Below, piece by piece: positions 9,543 to 17,168 of a stretch of 64,000 nt of DNA. The notes under the pieces are model-generated. The model worked only from the letters and a program-made list of their open reading frames with translations. It was not told where the DNA came from and did no database searches. Source of the DNA: an uncultured Trueperaceae bacterium (GTDB lineage: Bacteria > Deinococcota > Deinococci > Deinococcales > Trueperaceae); NCBI GenBank assembly GCA_963815215.1, contig CAWFFU010000012.1:64001-128000 (forward strand), in the 5' to 3' direction. Both the position numbers and the translations under genes were made by a program. Within the stretch, counting starts at the first letter, position 1. Each line of letters starts with the position of its first letter.

Positions 9543-9551
9543 GCTGATCGG

Positions 9552-10571
9552 GTGGACAGGCCCACGTTACGGGACGTCTACGCTGCCGCGCAGGCCTTGC
9601 GAGGCGTCGCGCGGCGCACGCCGCTGGTCGAGAGCACGGCGTTGACGGCCGTCTCCGGCGGCCCCGCGCACCTGAAGCTGGAGAATCTGCAGGCCACCGG
9701 CGCGTTCAAGATGCGCGGGGCGACCAACGCCCTGGCGGCGCTCGACGATCGCGCACGGGCGCGCGGCGTCGTGGCGGTCTCCACCGGCAACCACGGGCGC
9801 GCGGTGGCCACAGCGGCGCGCCGGCTCGGGGTGAACGCCACCGTGTGCGTGTCCGACCGCGTGCCTGCGGGGAAGATCGCCGCGCTTCGGGCCACCGGCT
9901 GCGAGCTCGTGATCGCCGGCGCCAGTCAGGACGACGCCGAGGTCCAGGCCCGGAAGCTCGTCGAAGAGCGCGGGCTCACCCTGATCCATCCTTTCGACGA
10001 TCCGACGGTGATCGCCGGCCAGGGCACGATCGGGCTGGAGATCCTCGAGGAGCTCGCGGGCGTTCGGCGGGTGGTCGTTCCGCTGTCAGGTGGTGGGCTG
10101 ATCGCCGGGGTGGCGCTGGCCGTCAAGTCGGCCGATCCCGCGATACGCGTTGTCGGGGTCTCGATGGAGCGGGGGGCCGCCATGGCGCGCAGCCTACGCG
10201 CCGGGCGGCCGGTTCCCACGCCCGAGGAGCCGACGCTGGCCGACAGCTTGCAGGGCGGCATCGGCGATGCCAACCGTTACACGCTGGAGATGGTCGCCGA
10301 GTTCGTCGACGACGTGGTGCTGGTGGGCGAGGAGGCGATCGCCCGCGCCATGCGTTTCGCGTTCGTGCAGGAGCGGCAGGTGCTGGAGGGGGGCGGGGCA
10401 GTGGGCATCGCGGCGCTCCTCGAGGGGGCGCTGCCCAGGATGGCGGGGCCGACGGCGGTGGTGTGCTCGGGTGGCAACATCGATCCGGAGCGATTCCTCG
10501 ACGTCATCGGGAGCGTCGGGTCCGCGGACGATGAGGACCCGATGGCATTGCACGGAGAGGAGCCCTCATGA
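9552..10571 (+). CDS. eutB: Hydroxyectoine utilisation dehydratase (threonine dehydratase family)
   Basis: KLENLQATGAFKMRGA, STGNHG, PLSGGGL, TLADSLQGGIG; followed by eutC. Confidence 0.85.
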   Translation: MDRPTLRDVYAAAQALRGVARRTPLVESTALTAVSGGPAHLKLENLQATGAFKMRGATNALAALDDRARARGVVAVSTGNHGRAVATAARRLGVNATVCVSDRVPAGKIAALRATGCELVIAGASQDDAEVQARKLVEERGLTLIHPFDDPTVIAGQGTIGLEILEELAGVRRVVVPLSGGGLIAGVALAVKSADPAIRVVGVSMERGAAMARSLRAGRPVPTPEEPTLADSLQGGIGDANRYTLEMVAEFVDDVVLVGEEAIARAMRFAFVQERQVLEGGGAVGIAALLEGALPRMAGPTAVVCSGGNIDPERFLDVIGSVGSADDEDPMALHGEEPS

Positions 10572-11548
10572 GCCAGCCCACCGATCCCCAGATCCTCTAC
10601 GAGCACGAGCTCCGCGCCCTGGTCGACCTCGATGGCGAAGGTCTCGATGCCGTGCGCGAGGCGTTCCGTCGGCTCTCGGGCGGCGACGCGGTGCAGCCTC
10701 CGGTGATGCGCATCGACGTGCCGGAACACCACGGCGAGGTCGACGTCAAAGGTGCCTACATCCGTGGGCTCGACAGCTTCGCTGTGAAGATGTCCTCGGG
10801 CTTCTTCGACAACCCCCGGCGCGGCCTGCCGACGGCCAGCGGCCTGATGGTGCTGATCGACGCCGAGACCGGCGTGCCGCGGGCCGTGCTGCTCGATAAC
10901 GGCTACCTCACCGACGTGCGCACGGCGCTGGCGGGCGCCGCCGCTGCCGACGCGCTCGCCCGGGCGGCGGTCGACACCGTGGCGGTGCTTGGGGCCGGCG
11001 CGCAGGCGCGTTGGCAGCTCCGCGCGCTCATGCTGGTCCGCTGGCCGCGCCGCGCGCTGGTGTGGGCGCGACGGCGGGCCGAGGCCGACCGGCTGGCTAC
11101 GGAGATGACCGAGCAGCTCGGCATACCGGTGGCGGCGGTCGCCGAGGCCGAACGGGCAGTGCGCGAGAGCGACCTCGTCGTGACCACCACGCCGGCCACG
11201 CAGCCCATCGTGCAGGCGGGGTGGCTGCACCCCGGGTTGCACGTCACCGCGATGGGGTCGGACGCCGAGCACAAGCAGGAGCTCGAGCCTGCCGTACTCC
11301 GCCGGGCCGACGTCCTGGTGAGCGACCGCCGCAGCCAGGGCCTGACCATCGGCGAATTGCGCTCGGCCCACGAAGCGGGCGTCGACGTGAGCGAGGAGCG
11401 CGTCGCCGAGCTCGGCGAGGTGCTCGCCGGCGCGCGGCCGGGGCGGACCGCAGAGGACCAGATCACCGTCTGCGACCTGACCGGAACCGGTGTGCAGGAC
11501 ACCGCCATCGCGCGGCTGGCGGCGGCGCGGGCGGCGACCTCGGGCTGA
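10568..11548 (+). CDS. eutC: Ectoine utilisation protein, ornithine cyclodeaminase/mu-crystallin family
   Basis: GEVDVKGAY, SSGFFDNPRRGLP, DNGYLTDVRTA, MGSDAEHKQE, DLTGTGVQDTAIA. Confidence 0.88.
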   Translation: MSQPTDPQILYEHELRALVDLDGEGLDAVREAFRRLSGGDAVQPPVMRIDVPEHHGEVDVKGAYIRGLDSFAVKMSSGFFDNPRRGLPTASGLMVLIDAETGVPRAVLLDNGYLTDVRTALAGAAAADALARAAVDTVAVLGAGAQARWQLRALMLVRWPRRALVWARRRAEADRLATEMTEQLGIPVAAVAEAERAVRESDLVVTTTPATQPIVQAGWLHPGLHVTAMGSDAEHKQELEPAVLRRADVLVSDRRSQGLTIGELRSAHEAGVDVSEERVAELGEVLAGARPGRTAEDQITVCDLTGTGVQDTAIARLAAARAATSG

Positions 11549-11565
11549 GGCCGCTCGGCCGGAGC

Positions 11566-14500
11566 TCACGGCCCCGAGGCGCGCACGGCCAGGTGGCCCT
11601 GTGCGAGCTGTTTCCCGTCGGCCAACAGCGTCGCGGTGAAGGTTCCGGCCTTCGCCGGCGCCAGCATCGTACCCGTGAACGCGCCCGGGCCCGTCCGCGT
11701 GAGGGCCGTGGAGGTGCCCTGGAGCCTGACGTCGACATGCGCTGCCTTCACCAGCACGTGGGCTTCCACGCTGACGCGCTCGCCCGGGGTGGCGAAGCCG
11801 GGCGTGAGGGTGAGGGTGGCCAAGGGTCCCGAAGTGACGATCACCGTCTCGTCCTGCGTGACGCTGTGCTTGGCGCTGCGTGCCGTGATCTGGAGCGTCT
11901 CGGCGCCGTCCGAGGCGTGACGGCCGTGGCGATGAGGCAGGGGCGGCAGCGTGACCGTGCCCTGGAAGCGTCCACCACCGAGCGGGCTCAGGGCGACGCT
12001 CGGACCGTTCGCCCAGCGGGCGTTGACGCCGGACGCGCCGGGTGCCGTCGCCGTGATCGTGAGCTGCGCGCCAGAGGGCGCCGTGGAGGGTGACACCCGG
12101 GCGTGCAATGCGAGCGACCCGGCGGTGAGCGTGGTCGTCACGACGGTCTGGGGCGGGGTGACGCCGAGCTCGACCGACGGTGCGCTGTTGGCAGGGCCGA
12201 GGTCGACGCTCACGGAGCGCAGGTTCGGGTGGTAGCCCGCGGGGAGGCTGCGCTGCACCAGCGCGAGCAGGTAGTGGCCGGGGGCGAGCCCGTTGAAGAC
12301 GAAGTCTCCGCTGGCATCGGTATCGGTGGAGCGCTGCTCGCCGTTGGGCCCGGAGAGCTGTACCGTCACGAAGGTGAGGCCCCTGGACTGTGCAGTCGGG
12401 TGCCGGCTGCCCGGCGCGGCGCTGTACACCTGACCGGACACGCTGAAGCTGCGCTTCACGACGATCGTGGTGGTGGTCGTGCGGTGAAGCCGCACGGTGA
12501 CGCGGGGCGAGCCGACGACGGTGAGATCGAGTGGCAGGTTCGCGAGCTGTAGTGCAGTGGTGCCCAGTGGCAGCCGGAGCGTGAAGTCACCATGCTGATC
12601 GGTGCGCGCCTGGCGGTTGGCCGCGGCCGCCACGACCAGCACCCCCGGCAGGCCCTGAGCGCCGGAGGCGGTGTGCAGGACGACGCGGCCGTGCACGGTG
12701 CCGAGGCGGAGGCCGCCGAAGGCCGCCACCACCGACGGCGGGACCTGGAGCCCCGACAGCACGTCCGCGCTGAGCCCCACGCGGTACGTGACGGCATGGT
12801 TGGGGTCGACGCCTACCGTTCCCTGCAGGGCGATCGCGTGCGTGAGCTGGTAGCTGAGCTGGGCGTTGCCGAACAGGCGTCCGGTTGCCGTCTGGTAGTC
12901 CAGCGTCACTCCGGTGGCGACGGGACCGAGGTGAAGGCCGCCGTGTGCGTCCACCACAGGCTCCACGGGTGTGGAGATCGGCGCCGAGGTGCCGGCGCCG
13001 ATGCTGAAGCCGTTCCCGACATAGGTCTCGTCGAGCGACGCGTTCCACCCCCCCGCTTCGGTGACTCCTACCCGGGTCACCCAGGGGAGCGGGGCGACCA
13101 CGGTGAACAGGCTTCCCGAGAGTTGGACGTGTCCCTGTTCGAGCTGGCCCCGGATCGAGGTCCGGACGCTGCCCAGGTGCCCGGGTATCAGGTATACGAC
13201 CGAGAAGTGGCCGGAGCCGGCGCGCAGGTCGCCGGTCGCGGTGTAGCGAGCATGCTGGCTCGTGACGACGGCGGGGCCGAGCGTCTCGTACACCGACAGG
13301 GTGCCGTTCGACCCCTTCGGAGTCACGGTGGCGCTCGCGCCGAAGCCGATGGGACGGATCGCCTGGCTGTAGAGATCGAGCGTCGCTTGCCACGGTTCCG
13401 ACCCGCGGGGCGTGTAGACGCCGCCCACATCGCCCAGCAGCCCGATCCCCGACCCCTGCAGGGTGGCACCCACCAGGGGTCCGACAAGGTAGCCGCTGGG
13501 CGAGTTCTGGCCCGTGACGCCCACGTGTCCGGTGACCTGGAGCCAGGGGGTCAAGGGAGCGACGTACGAGACGGAGAGCGCGTCGGTCGACGGGTTCGTC
13601 CACGCGTGGTCGTAGGCGACGTTGAAGGCTCCGACGGTGTAGCCGACGCCGGTCCTGAGCGCCCCGGAGGCCGAGGTCGCCAAGGTCCCCGAAACGCCGC
13701 GATACCTGCCCGTCAGGTCCTGGCCTCCGAGGGGCTGATAACGGTACGAGACGCTCCAATCGTTGCCCAGCAGGCCGACGTGGCCTCCGACGCCGCCGCT
13801 GTAGGAGACCCCGCTGTCCGTGCGGACGAAGTCGGACAGACTGCCGCGGATGCCGGCGCTCGCCCGGGCCTCGAGGCCGGTGGTGCCGTAGGACACGGAG
13901 AAGGGAAGGTTCAGGTCGAGGAGCGGAGCCGAGGGGTCCGCGCCGGGGAAGGGCAGGACGTCGTAGTCGTAGACGAGTCGCTGGTCGTAGGAACTTCCTA
14001 TCGCGGCGGCGGTCACGATGGCGACGCGATGCCCGAAGGCGCGTGGGGTCACCTGGAGGCGCGCCGTCCCTGAGGTTCCGGGAGCCAGGTGAAGGTGCCC
14101 CGGTGCGACACTCGCCGAGTCCTCGCCGCTGACCGACAGCGCGAAGGTCTCAGGCGCATTGCCCTGGTTGACCAGGGTCAGGGTCGTTTCGAACGACGTG
14201 CCGGCCACCGCGGCCACCGGCGGTGGAGAGCCGTGCAGCGTGGCCTGCAGGACCGTAAGCACGACGATCGTGACGGTGGTGCTGGCCGTCACGGTGCCCG
14301 CATGGTTCAGGGTCACCTGGACGCGATGCGGGCCCGCCCGCGCGGAGGGGTCGACCAGGACCGTTGCCAGCAGCTGTCCGCGCTCTTGCGCGCTCGTCCC
14401 CAGCGCGGTCAGGCCGGTGGCCGGGTGGAGTTCGACCGTCCCCGGACCGTGCGTGCGAAGGGGGATCGCGACCACGTCCCCCGGCATCGCCGGCGCGAGG

Positions 14501-14607
14501 CGGCCCGCGCCGATGGACGCCGCCTTCGCCGGCGGCCCCAGGAGGCTGCCAAGGACGGCGATGACGGCGACCGCCAGCGTGCGCCATCCGTTGCGGCCCG
14601 GGATCAT
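11566..14607 (-). CDS. Large exported protein (~1013 aa), putative usher-like outer-membrane protein
   Basis: ATG 14607 overlaps the upstream stop; signal peptide; Ig-like N-terminal domains (NQGNAPETFAL); long Gly/aromatic amphipathic beta region; two TDxxGxF carboxypeptidase-regulatory-like modules. Confidence 0.6.
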   Translation of the reverse strand: MIPGRNGWRTLAVAVIAVLGSLLGPPAKAASIGAGRLAPAMPGDVVAIPLRTHGPGTVELHPATGLTALGTSAQERGQLLATVLVDPSARAGPHRVQVTLNHAGTVTASTTVTIVVLTVLQATLHGSPPPVAAVAGTSFETTLTLVNQGNAPETFALSVSGEDSASVAPGHLHLAPGTSGTARLQVTPRAFGHRVAIVTAAAIGSSYDQRLVYDYDVLPFPGADPSAPLLDLNLPFSVSYGTTGLEARASAGIRGSLSDFVRTDSGVSYSGGVGGHVGLLGNDWSVSYRYQPLGGQDLTGRYRGVSGTLATSASGALRTGVGYTVGAFNVAYDHAWTNPSTDALSVSYVAPLTPWLQVTGHVGVTGQNSPSGYLVGPLVGATLQGSGIGLLGDVGGVYTPRGSEPWQATLDLYSQAIRPIGFGASATVTPKGSNGTLSVYETLGPAVVTSQHARYTATGDLRAGSGHFSVVYLIPGHLGSVRTSIRGQLEQGHVQLSGSLFTVVAPLPWVTRVGVTEAGGWNASLDETYVGNGFSIGAGTSAPISTPVEPVVDAHGGLHLGPVATGVTLDYQTATGRLFGNAQLSYQLTHAIALQGTVGVDPNHAVTYRVGLSADVLSGLQVPPSVVAAFGGLRLGTVHGRVVLHTASGAQGLPGVLVVAAAANRQARTDQHGDFTLRLPLGTTALQLANLPLDLTVVGSPRVTVRLHRTTTTTIVVKRSFSVSGQVYSAAPGSRHPTAQSRGLTFVTVQLSGPNGEQRSTDTDASGDFVFNGLAPGHYLLALVQRSLPAGYHPNLRSVSVDLGPANSAPSVELGVTPPQTVVTTTLTAGSLALHARVSPSTAPSGAQLTITATAPGASGVNARWANGPSVALSPLGGGRFQGTVTLPPLPHRHGRHASDGAETLQITARSAKHSVTQDETVIVTSGPLATLTLTPGFATPGERVSVEAHVLVKAAHVDVRLQGTSTALTRTGPGAFTGTMLAPAKAGTFTATLLADGKQLAQGHLAVRASGP

Positions 14608-15188
14608 GGCGCAGCGCTCGAGAGGATCCAGCGTAGCGCCCCGCGGTAGTGGCCGGGTGCCGCCCCCGCTCCCCACGACCACCGCAGGCGTACGCGCAGC
14701 CGGCACACACCGGGGCCGTGGAGCACGGCCACGCGCGAGCCTTCCCCGACCGATCGCCATCCCGAGCCCTGACATCCCGGGGGACCGGGGGACCCGATGG
14801 TCTGGGTGGCGTAGCGGACGTCCGTGGCCGGGATGGACGCACCCGTCACCGCATCGATGATGTCGGCCACCATCCGCACGCTCAGGACGTAGGGTCCGGA
14901 TGCCGGTAGGTCCGCGACCAGCGTGAACCGGCCGCCTTGCGGCGGTAGCCGTGCCGGTCCCTGCGGGGTCGGGGTCGACCCGGGCGTGGGCACGAAGTCG
15001 ACCGTGCCCGAGGCCGGCGCGCCGAGGGAGAGCGAGGCGGGTGCCGGCGTAGGCACGGCAGCCGAGCCGCCAGGGGTCGGTGCCGTGGGCCCGCCGGTGG
15101 CTCCCACCCACGAGGTGAGCGCGGCCATGACGAGGACCAGCGCGGCTGTCCTGGCGTGCCCGTTGCCGGTGGCGGCGTCCTCCCTCAT
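14604..15188 (-). CDS. Exported beta-rich protein, putative minor pilin
   Basis: Hydrophobic N-terminal segment, Cys pair, C-terminal PGHYRGALRWIL resembling pilin last strands. Confidence 0.5.
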   Translation of the reverse strand: MREDAATGNGHARTAALVLVMAALTSWVGATGGPTAPTPGGSAAVPTPAPASLSLGAPASGTVDFVPTPGSTPTPQGPARLPPQGGRFTLVADLPASGPYVLSVRMVADIIDAVTGASIPATDVRYATQTIGSPGPPGCQGSGWRSVGEGSRVAVLHGPGVCRLRVRLRWSWGAGAAPGHYRGALRWILSSAAP

Positions 15189-15204
15189 GGGTCCGCGCCC
15201 CCCA

Positions 15205-16098
15205 TCAATGCACCGTCAACTGCGCCTGACCAGCGATCTCGCTGGAGCTCCCGTCCTTGAGGAGCGATGTCGCGAGGTAGGTCCCCGGCTCGAGCGGTGG
15301 CGTGACGGGCACCGCCAGATCGCGGGCTGAGCCGGGGAGCGAGGCGACGGTCTGCACCTTGTAGGTATGAACGAGCTTGCCGTCGAGGGACCTGACCTCG
15401 ATCCGGCCGTGCACGACCAGAAGCTCGTTACCGGTGTTCTGGAGGGCGATGTCGAAGTTCGGCGGGGCCTGGCTCCTGGCGCCCTTGAGCGTGAGGCTCT
15501 GGATCGATGCGGAGGGCGACGGCGTGCCTACGTTCAGGTACAAGATGTAGGCGTCTTGCGCGACGAGCGACAGGCCGATCCCGTTCTTCGAGAGGGCTTT
15601 GGGCTTCGACCCGGCAGAGCGGAACACGATGGCCGACCAGTGGGTTCCTGACTTGGCCTGTTTGGGCACGCTGGCCCGGTAACGGACGCTGGCCGAGGCG
15701 CCGCCGGCAAGCGTCAGGCTGTGCTCGCTCAGGCTCAGCCACGGTGCCGCCGAGGTCGGGAGGCTCCCGCTCGGGAGGATCAGTAGCCGACCGGAGGCCT
15801 TGATGGTGAAGTCGGCCGGGAAGATGCTGATGGTGAGCTTCGACTGGGTCGGATTCGTGATCGTGATCTTGCCGATGACGTGCGATCCCGGCTGCACGCT
15901 GCGCTCGAGGTTGACCGGGCTGATCTGCACGGCGGACTGGGCGGACGCGGCCGTGATGAGCACCAGCGACAGCACGACGAGCACGGCCGCCTCGAGGCGT
16001 GCTCGTGGACGTCTCGTCCGAGGGGGAATCGCGCCCGTGCGGGCTGCCCGTTGGAACGGGCAGCCCGCGGCGCGAGGGAGGTCGCGCACTCTCTCCAC
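15205..16098 (-). CDS. Putative periplasmic pilus chaperone (PapD/DUF916-like two-Ig-domain protein)
   Basis: Signal peptide; VQISPVNLE, ITITNP, WLSLS, GTHWSAIVF, LQNTGN, SLPG, LEPGTY. Start uncertain. Confidence 0.65.
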   Translation of the reverse strand: MERVRDLPRAAGCPFQRAARTGAIPPRTRRPRARLEAAVLVVLSLVLITAASAQSAVQISPVNLERSVQPGSHVIGKITITNPTQSKLTISIFPADFTIKASGRLLILPSGSLPTSAAPWLSLSEHSLTLAGGASASVRYRASVPKQAKSGTHWSAIVFRSAGSKPKALSKNGIGLSLVAQDAYILYLNVGTPSPSASIQSLTLKGARSQAPPNFDIALQNTGNELLVVHGRIEVRSLDGKLVHTYKVQTVASLPGSARDLAVPVTPPLEPGTYLATSLLKDGSSSEIAGQAQLTVH

Positions 16099-16106
16099 CT
16101 TTCAGC

Positions 16107-16937
16107 TCACGACCCTGAGGGCGTCGGGACCGAGTCGGCGAGCGTATAGGTGGCCTGCAAGGCGTAGGAGCCCGGCTGGGCGCTCTGCAGCCACAGCCAC
16201 TGGCTGACGTTGTCGTCGTAGAAGTTGCCGGGCTGGATGCTCGCCAACGGGTACGAGTTACTCGCGTCGGCCGTGGTGATCCAGCCCGTGCTCTGCGTTC
16301 CGCCCATGGGGGTGCCGTTGAGGCTCGTCGCGTCCGTGGCTTCGAAGGCGCCGTAGCCCGTGGGTGCGCTCATGGTGGAGTCGCCCGGCAGGTCCATGGG
16401 CTGGAGCGTCATGGTGAAGCTCGCACCGCTCGGGCAGTTGGTGTACTTCTCGACGAGGAAGGGGTTGTTGCACACCACGTTGCCCTTGGCCGGCGATCCG
16501 GAGATGTCGGTGCCGCCGAAGCTCAGGTAGGGGCTCCCCGACGCTCCGCCCGCGTACGCGTTCACGACTTGCTGCCAGGTCTCGACCTTACCGCTGTTGC
16601 TGAAGACCGCCGGGTACCCGGGGGCGGCGATGAGGCCGCCGCCGCCCGATTTCTCGGCGGCCGCGATGAAGGTGTTCAGCTGGCTCTGGCTCACCTGGTT
16701 GGGGATGGCGTAGCAGTTGCTGCTACTGCCGAGGGCGTTGTTCAGGTTGAGCGACCAGGTGCTCACGCCACCCAGACTGTTGTCGAGTACCAGCTTGAGC
16801 ACGGGCGGGACGGTGAGGTTGATGTTCTGGGTGACCGACGTCGAGCCGCTCGAGCAGGTCGGCGAGGCGCAGGCGAAAGCGGCGCCGGCAGCGGTGAAGC
16901 CAACGGCGAGGAGGCCGAGGGTCAGGAGTCGTTTCAT
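16107..16937 (-). CDS. Exported protein, putative major pilin subunit
   Basis: Signal MKRLLTLGLLAVGFTAAGAAFA; alternating N-terminal SVTQNINLTV; C-terminal PGSYALQATYTL; first gene of the operon. Alternative ATG at 16955. Confidence 0.55.
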   Translation of the reverse strand: MKRLLTLGLLAVGFTAAGAAFACASPTCSSGSTSVTQNINLTVPPVLKLVLDNSLGGVSTWSLNLNNALGSSSNCYAIPNQVSQSQLNTFIAAAEKSGGGGLIAAPGYPAVFSNSGKVETWQQVVNAYAGGASGSPYLSFGGTDISGSPAKGNVVCNNPFLVEKYTNCPSGASFTMTLQPMDLPGDSTMSAPTGYGAFEATDATSLNGTPMGGTQSTGWITTADASNSYPLASIQPGNFYDDNVSQWLWLQSAQPGSYALQATYTLADSVPTPSGS

Positions 16938-17055
16938 GGAAGCCTTCTTCCTCATGGACTAGCGCACGTGGGTGGATCTGCCGTTCGGTGGGAGTCGCGA
17001 TGGACGATCGGGCAGGTGCTCACCTCCTCTCCGACGCGAACCGCGAACCATGCAG

Positions 17056-17119
17056 ATGCTAGGTGGCGGCACGTTGCCGCCTCGTTCCACTCGTCTCACG
17101 CTCGTCTGCGGCGGGTCTC
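17056..17119 (-). promoter_or_regulatory. Putative pilus-operon promoter with periodic direct repeats
   Basis: -10 TAGCAT (17061-17056); repeats cgttgc/cgttcc/cgtctc/cgtctg/ggtctc at 17072, 17083, 17092, 17103, 17114. Confidence 0.45.
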
Positions 17120-17168
17120 ATGGCGTCGACCTACGATGCTGGGCGTTACGGGTACCCGGGGGTAACGC

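Noticed and set aside
14608..15111. N-terminal extension of the usher-like ORF
   Set aside because: It overlaps the putative minor pilin; the signal peptide begins at ATG 14607.
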